A stretch of DNA of 64,000 nucleotides. It comes from Amoebidium appalachense. Lineage: Eukaryota > Protista > Ichthyosporea. This document shows positions 1 through 20,122 of this stretch, one piece after another. Made by a program: the position numbers and the translations under genes. The DNA lies in NCBI GenBank assembly GCA_963693365.1, contig CAVNZM010000006.1, positions 10,915,355-10,979,354 on the forward strand, written 5' to 3'. Position 1 is the stretch's first letter; the number at the start of each line of letters is the position of its first letter. The notes under the pieces are model-generated. The model saw nothing but the letters and a program-made list of their open reading frames with translations, searched no databases and had not been told where the DNA came from.

Positions 1-1060
1 CAATACCAGCAACACAAAGCAAGGCCAGGCGGTCACGGCAAAACCTTTACACAGTGTCTACACTAGTCTATAAACGGCATTCGTGCGCTCAAGTGGATTC
101 TGTGTTGGCTGCATGGCTCAGCTACAAAACTGGTTATTGAGTGTGTGTGCTGCCAAAATGGAGTAGTTGCTTTTCAAGCTGCTATGGGTAGTGTGATGAA
201 CAGTTTGATTAGACGTCAGTGGCTGCCGGTGTATGTCTCTTTACAGATACCCACTCGAATACGAGGGCTGTTTGGCCACGTCAATACATGTGGCTATGTT
301 CTGATTGCAGTGTATGATACTGAGAGACCAGAGAAAGGCCAAGCCAATTTTTATCATGAATGATGGCGGGGCTGCGCATGCCTGGCTGCTGGCGTATGTA
401 TGCACAGTGTTGCGAGTGATCACCGTTGTGTGGTTGAAGAGCCCCTAATTTTGCAATCACGAGAATTGTTTATGATCGATTATTCAAAGCAATTATATCG
501 GCTCAGAAGTTCTGGGCTTCATATCAAGTGAAGTTCGTGTTCGAACCATGCCAACTGAGACCAGACTGAGATGCCTTGAAAAGTGTGAGCCCACGTGATA
601 GAACGACTGTTAAGGAAGGCCGGCAAATGCAAAAATGTAGAGGCTCATTTGTTAGTGGCAAGAAACTTCGCAAACTTATCATCACCACCAACCCATACAC
701 CGCAGTGATGCATACCAAAGTGCTTTATCCTATAGCCTTTGGCCTAATTAATATCCTATTGGTTCTCATAACCTGAAAACCATTGGTTGAAAGAAATTTG
801 ACCAATTACAACAGAGGCTCGCACCTGGCCCGTAGGAATGTACACAGGTGCAGTCAGGTCATCCTATTGGTGAATAAATCAAGGGATTCTCATGATCCAC
901 CTGGAGCCTCGAGACTCCAGATTGAATCTCCAAGATCATAGTTGGATACTTCACTTAATTGCCTGTTCGAGAACTTTTTGCCTATATTCGTTGTGTTCGA
1001 ATCCAAAAAAGACTCAAAAGCTTTAAAAAAACAAGTTTGCATGTAATCATTTTTTTCCCG

Positions 1061-1157
1061 GAGGCCCATCGACACAGATATCCTAAAGGGATTGATTATT
1101 TGATGCCGAGGCCCATCGACACAGATATCCTAAAGGGATTGATTATTTGATGCCGAG
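1061..1157. repeat. Perfect 47-bp tandem duplication
   Basis: gaggcccatcgacacagatatcctaaagggattgattatttgatgcc occurs at 1061-1107 and 1108-1154, followed by gag. Confidence 0.95.
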
Positions 1158-1220
1158 ATCATGAATTTAAAACCCTGGGCTGTGATCCTGAGTTCGGGTG
1201 AAGGTCAAAGGGCCCAGGTC

Positions 1221-2270
<1,050 letters not shown>

Positions 2271-2283
2271 CCCAGGTCACGAC

Positions 2284-3325
<1,042 letters not shown>

Positions 3326-3387
3326 GTCACGACCAGATCTATGTAGAGTTAGGCCCCTCAACCCCTAGCCCCCATGTTTTAGATTAA

Positions 3388-3603
3388 AAAAAAAAAAAAA
3401 AAAAAAAACGGGGAACCCCAACTAATTGATTTCTCCTTGTAGTCTTTATGGTGTCTCGTAGAGAAAGTAAACCCTGATATATAGTCACCACCCGACATCT
3501 ATGTACGTGATCATGATATACCGCTGAGGGGATATTCCGAGCAAAACCCCCCCCCCATACCTGAGACTGGTTCTCTTTGCCTCGAGTAAACAGCGTAAAC
3601 CCC
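3388..3603 (+). mobile_element. Severely 5'-truncated copy of the non-LTR retrotransposon 3' end (A-run plus ~195-bp terminal module)
   Basis: 3409-3603 is near-identical to 5533-5726. Flanked by direct repeat ttttagattaa at 3377-3387 and 3604-3614. Confidence 0.85.
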
Positions 3604-4140
3604 TTTTAGATTAATCTTCAAGATTAATCAATCTTGTATCCCGGGAATTCTGGAAAATCGGTCAATTAGAGTGATTAATCTTCAACATTAATCTCAACTC
3701 CCCCTCAAAAAACGGAGTTTTTTCCCGTAAAAATGGTCCGACGGGGCTGAAACTTTCCATGAGCGAAGCAAACATATATAGGTTTGAAAGCCCAGCGGCT
3801 GGGTGTATGTTGCATATGGACTTTTCGGCACAGCGAGAGCGTGACGGTAGGTGAATATGGATATCGATGATCATTAATCAAGGAGCCACAGTGACTGCTG
3901 CAAGGCTTGAATGATTGATCTGAGTGTGCTTTATTGCATTATGATGTGGGGGGGAAAACGCTGCGTTTCAACAAAGAAATAGGAGAGCAATGCTTTTACA
4001 CCCCTCGAGTGCAGTATACCATTGGTTGCTGTTCGAACAAGACCCATTTATGGTGTGACGTATAGCCTTTTTTAGCTGTTGTAAACAAACAACACGGGCC
4101 GTGGCTACTTTTGAGGACCCTGCTTGTAGATTATCATCTC

Positions 4141-5331
4141 TGATCCTTAACATAGACAAATGTGGTGTTCTTGTACCTGATATAGCCAACAATTTACACA
4201 CATTTACATTATTATCTAAACCTGTACCTATAGTTCCAGAATACAAATATCTTGGTGTTCCGGTTGATTCTGTTGGTGTTATGTTTCCCCATATGGTCGA
4301 AAAGAGGGTAGAGTCGGCTCGTAAGCGGTTAGCTTTCTTCTCGGCTAATATTTCTAAAGACACACCCCTCCATCCTTCTATTAGACTTACATTTATTCGC
4401 ACTTTTGTCTTCCCGGCATGTGAATATGGTTTACCCCTTCTCGCCGCTTGGATCAAGAAAGAGAGAACTAGAGCGCTTAAACCCTTGGCAAATTTCCTTG
4501 AAGCAGAAGTTGCCTCCTTTCTATCTAACAACTGTTGTAAACCTGGGCCTGTAACGCTCTCGATATATTATGGTCTGGTCCCAATAGCTGCTAGAGTATC
4601 CTATCTCGCGCTGAAATTCAATAAGCACATAAGCCGCGCTTAAAGAAGTATTTGCCCTCCCACCCTCTCTTCTCTATCCGACCTGTCCCCTCCTCCCCTC
4701 TCCCCTCTTTCCTTCCCTCTCTCTCCCCTTCTCCCCTGGGCACAAATACAAATAAACCCCGCAATAGTGTGTGTGTGACTTTGGACTGCCACTTACTTAT
4801 TAAACATGTACACAATCACAAGATAATCACGCAATATAACAAATGGAAAAAGATACCACACGACACTAGACCCGATGAAAGCATACACCTTGAAAAACTA
4901 AGCCTTATGTCTCGTTTTATATATACTGACCGCCTCAACCATATTGCCAAATATGGCACTCGCAAATGTACTACTATAACACCTAAATACATATTACCTT
5001 CCTGTAGAACTGGTCTTTCTCTAGCTGATGGTATTATTGATCAATTACCACGCTTTTACTGTACACGTGCTATACAGTGGAGACTAATAAGTATAAGGTG
5101 GCATCATTTGCATGCCCAAACAACACACACACACACCAGTTTAACCGGTCATGTATCGCCAAATGTAGTTTGATAGACCACATAATACCGCAACACACAC
5201 ACGTCACATTCACAACAGACACCCAGAAAGATAGCCTACCTGTAAATTACAACATCCTTGATTAACTACGACCTGTTTATTAGATGTATTGATTGGCTTG
5301 AGAAACACATCACTACAAAATTCTAGCGCAT

Positions 5332-5403
<72 letters not shown>

Positions 5404-5726
5404 CCAGCTGATACCGAGTGCCCCAGGGGAGCCCCTTTAAAAAACAAAAAAGAATATAAAAAAAAATATAAAAAAAAATATAAAAATAATAATAATCAAA
5501 AAAAAAACAAAAAAAATAAAAAAATAAAAAAACGGGGAACCCCAACTAATTGATTTCTCCTTGTAGTCTTTATGGTGCCTCGTAGAGAAAGTAAACCCTG
5601 ATATATAGTCATCACCCGACATCTATGTACGTGATCATGATATACCGCTGAGGGGATATTCCGAGCAACCCCCCCCCCATACCTGAGACTGGTTTCTCTT
5701 TGCCTCGAGTAAACAGCGTAAACCCC
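4141..5726 (+). mobile_element. 5'-truncated, frameshifted non-LTR (LINE-like) retrotransposon
   Basis: RT C-terminal/thumb motifs LNIDKCG...EYKYLGV...RTFVFPACEYG start right at the left TSD. Downstream frames give YILPSCRTG...AIQWRL and a Cys/His segment CP...FNRSCIAKC, with frameshifts near 4640 and 5085. A-rich tract ~5439-5532, then the terminal module. 11-bp TSD attatcatctc at 4130-4140 and 5727-5737. Confidence 0.88.
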
Positions 5727-5844
5727 ATTATCATCTCACACCCAACTTGAACCCGTAGCGTTGCTGTGGATACACCCTGTCGTTTTTACTTTCTTTTTGT
5801 TTTCTTGTTTTCTTTTTTTTTGTTTTTGGTGTTGGACGCAAAGA

Positions 5845-6295
5845 ATGGAAGGGGACTTTGAAATAATATTTGATGATAGTGGTGGGTTTGAAGCCGGGGC
5901 AGTAGACTCAGACATCTTTAACGATTTCTTTGCTGACGAAAGCACAAGTGATACAGAAGATTATGTTGACAACGGTGATACCACACTCACAGGAAAATGG
6001 CGTATTTATGACGCCAAGCTTAGTAGAGTTAGCACTCAAAGCAGACGATGTTGAAAACAGAAGCTTTTAGATACGTTCAGCAAGGAGACCTCGGAGATCC
6101 AGAAACGTTTGCTAACCCACTTTTCTGGAGAGCCAACCATTAGTAACGTCCTCGACCTCTTCTTTTCACCACTCATTCTCCAGACACTGCTTGAGACTAT
6201 CAATATTGGACTCCGTGCACGCAAGAAGAGGACTGCCACACTACACGATTTACACGGTTTCCTGAAAGTGATATGCTATTTGTCATTCTACGGTG
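5845..6295 (+). pseudogene. piggyBac-like transposase N-terminal fragment
   Basis: Acidic N-terminus, then VLDLFFSPLILQTLLETIN...ATLHDLHGFLKVICYLSFYG, resembling the start of the DDE_Tnp_1_7 domain. In-frame TGA at 6052-6054 with the same frame on both sides. No downstream catalytic exons or TTAA-bounded TIRs were found. Confidence 0.6.
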
Positions 6296-7458
6296 TACAC
6301 ATGTGTCCCCCTCCGTGCACGTGTTCTATGATGTTAAACTGAGCCGCGCATTCCCAACCGCAAACACCTCCACTTTTCATATTTTGTTTTTGTTGTTTCG
6401 TCCTGATTTGCTCTATGCAAAGGAGCCTGTCTGAAGCTGTGTAGGTGTGTATGTGCCGTGTGTGTGTGTGTGGGTGGGTGGGTGGGGGGGGGGGGGGAGG
6501 GGGGGGCTTCTTTTTTCCTTCCCCCCCCCCCCCCTAGTTTTTTGAATATACGTAATAGCAAGGGGGACTGGCGGCATGCCAGTAGCAGTGTATGTATGTA
6601 TGTGTGTGGGTGTGGGTTTGTGTGTGTGTATGTGTGTGTGCGGGTTGGCGGGGGGAGGGAGGGGGGGGGGGGGGGGGGGGGGGGGCTGCCTGCCGTTGTA
6701 TTCAGTACCCTGCATACATCTCAGTGTATGAAGCACAAACAATACGGTCACTGTGCTTTGATGGTTTTGAAATTAAATTAGTGGCACGTTTCTGTGGTCA
6801 CAGACCTGTATTTGGTTTCATTATAAATATATATACATATATATATATATGTAGCACATTAGTTATTAGTATTAATAATCCCTTTTTGGAAGATCATCAT
6901 ATTGAAACTTTGCCAACATAGTACTAATATAATTGTTTCCAGAAATGTCACCGAAAGTTATGTGTGGCTCTTGGAGAGGAAGAAAAAGATAATCATGCAA
7001 CATGTCTCAGTGTGTATGGAAAACGTCTATGAATGATCCCCCCCCCCCCCCCCCCCCCCCCCCCGCCCCTCACCCTTCCTACATAGCCCGGCCCGAATTC
7101 CTGCCCCTCCCCTCCCCTTCCCCCCCCCCCCCCCCCCACCCCCCGGCCTCCCCCTCCCCCCCCCCCTCCCCTCCCCCCCCCCCCCCCCCCCCCTCCTTGA
7201 ACACACACACACGCGCACGCACTGTGGCACCTGCCCACCTAACCGTGGTCACCCTAACACACACATGTGCACACACACACAAACACGTACACGCACAAAG
7301 ACATGACACACACACATGGCATGGCACACACACTGAAACGGCCAGGTACATGCATGCACGAGTGCACATATCACACTCACCCCGGGGCCCCGGCTCCCTG
7401 TTAAATAATAAGGAAATTCTATTCATAGCAATATTGTACAGATATACACAGACATTAC

Positions 7459-7493
<35 letters not shown>

Positions 7494-8066
7494 CCCTAAC
7501 ACACACACATATGCACATGCACCGGCTGCCCACCCAACCACCCTGACACACGCACGTGCACACCGTGGCACACGGACTCGTACAATGTGCATGTATATAG
7601 AGATACACACACACACTGCATGCCGTGGCACACACTGCACTGTGAAACACAGTGCGTAACACGTACCACACACCACACACCGCAAACAAGCACTGTGGCA
7701 TCATACATGCTGAAAAACACACATGCACCCACACCCACACACACGCGGTACACACTCACACGCAAACCGTGGACACCGTCACAGAAAACATGCACCGGCA
7801 CACACTCTCTGCAATGTACACACGTACAAGCGTGTACATTGCATACAAACACACCCACACAAGCACACACACATGTCATCGTACAGCTGAACGCCCTATT
7901 AGTCAGCATGTGCGTACAATAGCACATGCATTTTAAGTTGACCTGTACAGTACCACGGCACCGTGTTACGTGGCATCGATGCACTGCATGCAGCGTACAC
8001 GTGGCACCACACACACCCGTATGTGTGCTTGTCTATATAGGCATATCTAGGCCTAGGCACACATGT

Positions 8067-8184
<118 letters not shown>

Positions 8185-9067
8185 ACGCACACACCAGCAC
8201 ACAGACACACACACAGCACACACACATACACATACAGAGAAAGTGAGAGTACCTCACACATGACACCGGGAGCCCGAGCGCTGTGCGCACACAATTAACA
8301 CGTGAGCTTCGTGAGCCGCGGCCGGCTGCCGATCATCTGCATGTGCCACAGATACTGGCAGGCGAATGCGGGGCTATGGGGGCCTGTGGCACGATCACGT
8401 GCATTGCATCTGGCACCGTTGGTCATGGTGGCGCCGCCGACGGCCGTGCCCGCCGGCCAGCCAAGGCATGCAAGGTGCGGGCCCTACCGTACGCAGGTTT
8501 CAACCAACTTAACCATCTCCCCCCACCCTCCTCCTCCATTATCCTCCCTTATGTAGCTGGTACCAGTGTATAAATATACCTTTACTGCCCCCACCCATAT
8601 TTTGATCTCCCTCCTGCACCTCCAGGGCGCCCTCTTCAAATCGCACATGCCTAACTCGAATAGAGTACTACCTAATTAGGCAACCAGCTGATAGAGTGCA
8701 GCGCCACCCAAACGCGCGCACCATGGTCTGCACATGTGGCATGGAGCGCGGTATGCGTTATCAGCGCACCAAAAGAGGAAAGAGATCTACTGTAGGTGTT
8801 TTTACTTATGCGAGAGGGAAGGCATTGGACAACCAGGCACCTCACTCAACAAGCCGCCGATCTCTGCAGCAATACCGCAAATATATATATGCAACTAAGT
8901 ACTTCCTTTCAACTGTACTGCACTCTCTTTCATAACCACGGGCTTCATGATACACCTTATAACAGACCTAAAGCACAGCGGTAGATAGCTACTTACGTCA
9001 ACGTATACGTATACCTCCTGTATACCTCCTGTCACGGGCCTGTGGCCCTTCCAAGGCCTGCAAATGA

Positions 9068-14677
<5,610 letters not shown>

Positions 14678-14726
14678 TTAATGGGGCTTCTTCTTAGGTT
14701 ATTCTAGGGTAGTTTTATAGCACATA

Positions 14727-14985
14727 CAGGGGTTGTCTGAGTATAAGTTTCTCATACATTCAGATTGTAGAAATATTTGAAAATTTAAGATTCTAGCGGG
14801 CTGGACCATCCTGTCTACCTTGAGGATTTTTTCCGATCAACCCCCCCCCCCCCCCCCCCCCCCTCCCCCCCTTCCCAGCAACCCCTTCTCTGTTCTCTCT
14901 CTCTCTCTCTCTTGCTCTCTAGCTCTCGCTCTCTCTACGAGGCTCTCTCTCTCCGAGGCTCTCTCTCCCTCTCCCTCTCTCTCAG

Positions 14986-15019
<34 letters not shown>

Positions 15020-15229
15020 CCCCCCCCCCCCCTCCCCCCCCCCCCCCCCCCCTCTCTCTCTCCCTCCCTCCCTCCCTCCCTCCCCTCCCCCCGTTCCCCC
15101 CTCCCCCCTCAACCCCCCTCTCTCCACCACCCCCACCACACTCGTAAGTTGGGGGAAATAAGGAGAACCCCTATAGCTTAAATTGAAAAGATTGTCCAAA
15201 TTTTTTTCCAAATTTTTTTTTAAACCCAA

Positions 15230-15272
<43 letters not shown>

Positions 15273-15866
15273 CTCCCTCCCTCCCTCCCTCCTCTCTGAG
15301 GCTCCCTGGTATCCCCTTCCCCTCATCATGATTCGCGCACACGACCAGCTTCTGGCCTGGCCAAATGCATTAGTTCTCTTAACACACACGTCACAGTGTA
15401 TAGATCTATGTTAACACCCCCAACCTCCCGGTCTCCCCTTTCCCCCTCCATCCCTCCCCCCTTCTCCCCCTCCGCGTAACACACATCAACTTCTCCCACA
15501 CGCACATATACGTCCGTTGCACGAGTCCCCAAGCTCTCCCTCCCCACCCCCCCCCACCCCCCCCCCCACAACATCCAAATTCTCCCCCCACGTGCCATTC
15601 TACACATATCCAATTAACCCTCCTACCCCACCCGCTCCCTGGCCCCATTACCCCCTCCCCCCTCCCACACCACACTACACACATTCACACTAACACCTAC
15701 ACATACACACAGATAGTCACATATATACACACTTAGGCACGCATCTACACACACACACACACGAACACACACACAGGGGCGCACGGGCACACATCATGGT
15801 TTCTCCCGCCTCAATCCCCATTCCACGTAGTTACTGTAGCTCCCCCCCCTCCCCCCCCCCCCCTCC

Positions 15867-15905
<39 letters not shown>

Positions 15906-16414
15906 ACCAAGATCCCCCTCCCCTCCCCTCCCCCATGAAAGTAACAACTCAAGTAGTAATCATTATAATACTCATATGATGAATGATATGACGCCACTGC
16001 CTCTCTTCCCCCCACCCCCACCCCCTCCGGATCCCCCCCTCATCCCCTTCACACCTCCCCCCCAAAAAACAAACAAACAAAAAAAAGAAACCAAAAAAAA
16101 AAAACCCCCACCCACCCAGCCACCCCCACCCAACCATACTCAAAGCCTACTGGGTGACTTGCGTAAAATCATACATTCATAGTATGCGTGTAAAAATTAC
16201 CCGAAACTATGGAGCTTACGTGGAAGCGCATTCGGCCGCCGCCACACGGCGGTCCGCCCAACGGGGTAGGGAGGGGGGGGGGGGGGGGGGGGGGGGGAAT
16301 AAATAGATTTAAGATTGTGTGTAGGCTAGGCAGTGGTGAGGGGTATGAAAATTAAGATTTTAGCAGGCTAGTGCTGAAAAACACGTAATATCTTAAGAAT
16401 CTGGGCGACCCCTG
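14727..16414. mobile_element. Possible degenerate TA-flanked TIR element
   Basis: TA|CAGGGGTTGTC... on the left and ...GGCGACCCCTG|TA on the right. A motif aaatt(t)aagatt(c/t)tagc(g/a)ggct recurs near both ends. TIR identity is short and imperfect. Confidence 0.35.
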
Positions 16415-17235
16415 TACACACAAACACACTGATGTTGGTGCTAATTCTAATACAGGTTAACATTGAGGTACTTTTCCTTGGAGTGTATGTACATAGGTGG
16501 GGAAGGGGATGGTGGGTTAACGTTTGTTAAAGAGTAGCAGATGGGGTGTGAATTCGCTGGGGTTGGAACCTGGACCAGTGGTGGGGGTGGGTGTCGGGAG
16601 TTGTGGTGTTCATGGGTTGATGGGTGATTGAGTTACTGTACGTGGGTGGGATGTGTGTGTGCGTGCATTGGTGTGTCAAAGGGAATGCAAGACAGAAACG
16701 TGTGTGGAAGGGATGGCCGGGTAGGGTGCAGTGGGGCACCCCAAAGGGGGGGGAGGGGGGGGGGGGGGGGGGGGGGGGGGGCGGGGCTTTCCCTATGTGT
16801 TTGTACTACTACTCGAGCTCGTACATTTGCAAATAGTATATGTTGGCTCTTGTAGCGCAGTTCCCTCCCGTGAGTCGGTGTAAGAATCCACAAAGTGACC
16901 GTACCTACCGGTGGTTGTTTTGCCCCCTCTTTGCTTGCACACCTTCAACATGATGGTGCCCCTGCCTCCTTCTACCGGTACGGCTCCCCTGTCCTCTATG
17001 CTGTACCAATTGTTATCATTACAACTAACGTGCTCCTGCCGTGGCTTCTACCACTGCGAACTTCCTCTTTGGCGGGTCTGCAATAGTACCAAAGGTATTC
17101 AAATACTCCCCTGGGTTTTCTGTGCTAGCCTCTCTCCACCTCCGAGCCCGCATATACTGGTTGCATCCCTCCCTCCTAGTACATAGTCACTAATCAAGTT
17201 GGAAGCTCATAAAATAAGTCGGTCACAAACCTGCA

Positions 17236-17272
<37 letters not shown>

Positions 17273-18883
17273 ATGTGGTCACAAACCTGCACATTCACAT
17301 ACAAACACTGGGGGGGAATAATGTGGGGGTGTCAGTGGTCGTGGTGGTTGGGGGTGTGGGGGGAAGGGGGGAGGGGGGGGGGGGGAGGGGGGGAGGGGGG
17401 GGGTCGGATAACTGCGGATAGGACGCAACGTATAGGTGTGGGGCCCAGATGGGGTGGGGTGGGGGGGGGGGTGGGGGGGGGGGAAGGGGGGGGGGGGGGG
17501 GGGGGCTAAAATGTGTGTGCAGGTGCGCGCATACGCAATTTTGTATGTAAAAGTGAAAGTGTGTGTGTGTGTGGGTGCATTTGTGTGCACGTGGCGGTAT
17601 GTCATCATGTGTGTTTCTGCATGCTTGTTTGGCCATGGGTGTTTGTGCGGTAAGGGAGGGCGGGGAGGGGGGGGGGGGGGGGGGGGGAGGAGGGGGGAGG
17701 GGGGAGGAAGGGGGGTGGGGGGGGACACTTATAGATGACACCAAGGCAGATGTGCATGGAAAAACTTAGCTTTGTGTATTCTTACAGAACTCCAACTTGC
17801 GATGATCTTTATTGTTTTCGAAAAACTGCTTTAAATACCCCAGCTCCGACACTGGCATACAAATGCCAACTAAAACGGTGTACAAAAAAGCCGCCATATT
17901 ATGCACTCCCTCCCTCCCTCCGGGCCTTTCCCTCTCTCCCTCCCTCCCTCGAGCTCCCAAAGTGTCGAGGCTCCCTCCTCCAGCACGCCTGTCGACGTCG
18001 GTCTCAGACGTCTGATCTCGGAAGTTCTCGCAGCTCCGATAGATCGGGCCGTACCCGGAAATCATGCCCCAGCGATCCTCACGGCAGCTGGGCACAGTCG
18101 AAGGACGTCGAAGTGACAGCCAGCTCCCGTGACTGGTATCTCGGGGCCGGGGCATACAAGTCATGATGTCGACTGTATTCATGTTACTAGTCTTGGAGGT
18201 TTGAAAAACGAGAACCTCATGATCATTACAATAGCTCTGGGACGACGATCAGCAACTCATGAACAGCTTTGAAAACCAGCTGCAGTCTCAGCTGCCTTCT
18301 AATCTTCAACACGGGCTTTCCTTCTGTCTTCTTTTTTTGTTTAAATTTTCGTTAATCACATTCCCTTCGTTGATAATATGCACATCTCCTCCCAGCTTTT
18401 AATTGGGACTTCCTATGTAAAGTTTATTTGAGAATTACCGCCCCGAGGCTACCAGGGGGGGGGGGGGGGGGGGGGGTTGCCCAACAACTTCAATGCTTCG
18501 GAGCCCCTTCAACCCATTCGGTCAGCAGATCGGCTCGGCGATTGAGAAGATGACACGGCGGGCATATTATTGGTATTCACCACACACATGGCATTGAATC
18601 GAATTGCATACTTAATTAGTCCTTGTGTGAATGTTGGTTACATAAAACCCAGTCTACCGCTTGCAGCTTGTGCCGCCTGTACTGCGAGCTCACAAGTGCA
18701 ATTGGTTGTTTAAAGTTGCTCGGTGAACTTGTATCAAACACTTCACAGGCAAGTGCAGCCAGCCCTCGAAAGTTTTACGTACAATATTAAAAGTGAGCGA
18801 GTCAGTGTAGAGAGTTCTTTGCACGTGTGTGTGAAGATGCATACGATGTCGCGATGGTGTCGCATTATAGGTGCGGAAAAGAC

Positions 18884-18919
<36 letters not shown>

Positions 18920-18931
18920 CTAGAAGGGGAT

Positions 18932-18965
<34 letters not shown>

Positions 18966-19180
18966 AAGGCGCCCAAGAAAATGTGGGTGGGGCCTCGTAC
19001 ATTTTTGGGGTTACCGATACTCCATTTTCCAAAATTTAATACGAGCTATCAACACCAGCAGTACCCACTACGACTGGCTTCTTGCATACCCAGGTCACAC
19101 GGCAATCAGCATTTCAACTAAAGTCATTCATTCGGTTTTCTTGCTGCCTTCACCTTGGCCACGTCCAAACATGCCTGAAT

Positions 19181-19259
<79 letters not shown>

Positions 19260-19429
19260 ACATGTGTGTGAGTGTGTGTGTCTGCATGCGTGCGTGTGTG
19301 TGTGTGTGTGTGTGTGCATGTGCGCATGCATGTGTGTATGTGTGTGTGTGTGTGTGTGTGGTGCGTGTGGGTGAGTAAGTGTGAATGTGTGGTGTGTGTG
19401 TGGGTGAGTGTGTGAATTTGAGTGTCAGC

Positions 19430-19498
<69 letters not shown>

Positions 19499-20005
19499 TG
19501 TGTGTGTGTGTTGAGTGTCACCACAAGAGAGTGGATGGGACGCATGATTGTTTTGTTTATTTGCACTACATACGGAATATGTCACAAGTGTCTGGGGGGA
19601 TACGTGTGCATTCTTGGTAAGCAAAGGCCGATATTATTAGAGACGGCACACAGAAGGAAAGGTGGGGGGGGGGGGGGGGGGGGGGGGGGGGATGCTTGTG
19701 TCCACTCACTATGAAAAACTGCAGTCATTACATATCCCATCCACAACTACCTCCTCCCCACCCTCCCCCAGTGCAACATCAAATGCACAACACCAACGGC
19801 TCACATGCTGTATAGACGATGGAAGAGCACCCATGGCCACAAGAGGAAAGGCAAGCTGGGGGGAGGGGAGGGGGGGGGAGGGGGGCAGAGAGGTGCGAGG
19901 AGGGGGGAGGGGGGAGAAGGGAGGAGGGGCAGGGGGGGAGAGAAGAGGGGGCACCAGTAAAGAGATACGGAGAAAATGATAGGGGCGACCAAATAAAAGA
20001 GAAAA

Positions 20006-20051
<46 letters not shown>

Positions 20052-20122
20052 ATGTTTTTTTTTTTTTTTTTTTTTTTTTTTGGGCGCAGGGGGAGGGGGG
20101 AGGGAAGGGGGGATGCACACAC

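Noticed and set aside
1-1060. Short ORFs at the window start
   Set aside because: No recognisable motifs or consistent splice structure.
1061-1157. CRISPR-like array
   Set aside because: Two abutting 47-bp units with no spacer, no cas genes, eukaryotic context.
3409-5726. The two ~195-bp direct repeats read as LTRs of one LTR retrotransposon
   Set aside because: No TG…CA ends. Each copy has its own different TSD, and the RT motifs are non-LTR type.
16790-18350. Possible second gene of the IS3EU-like element or another decayed ORF
   Set aside because: Frames contain several stops and no recognisable motif, and no element boundary was found.
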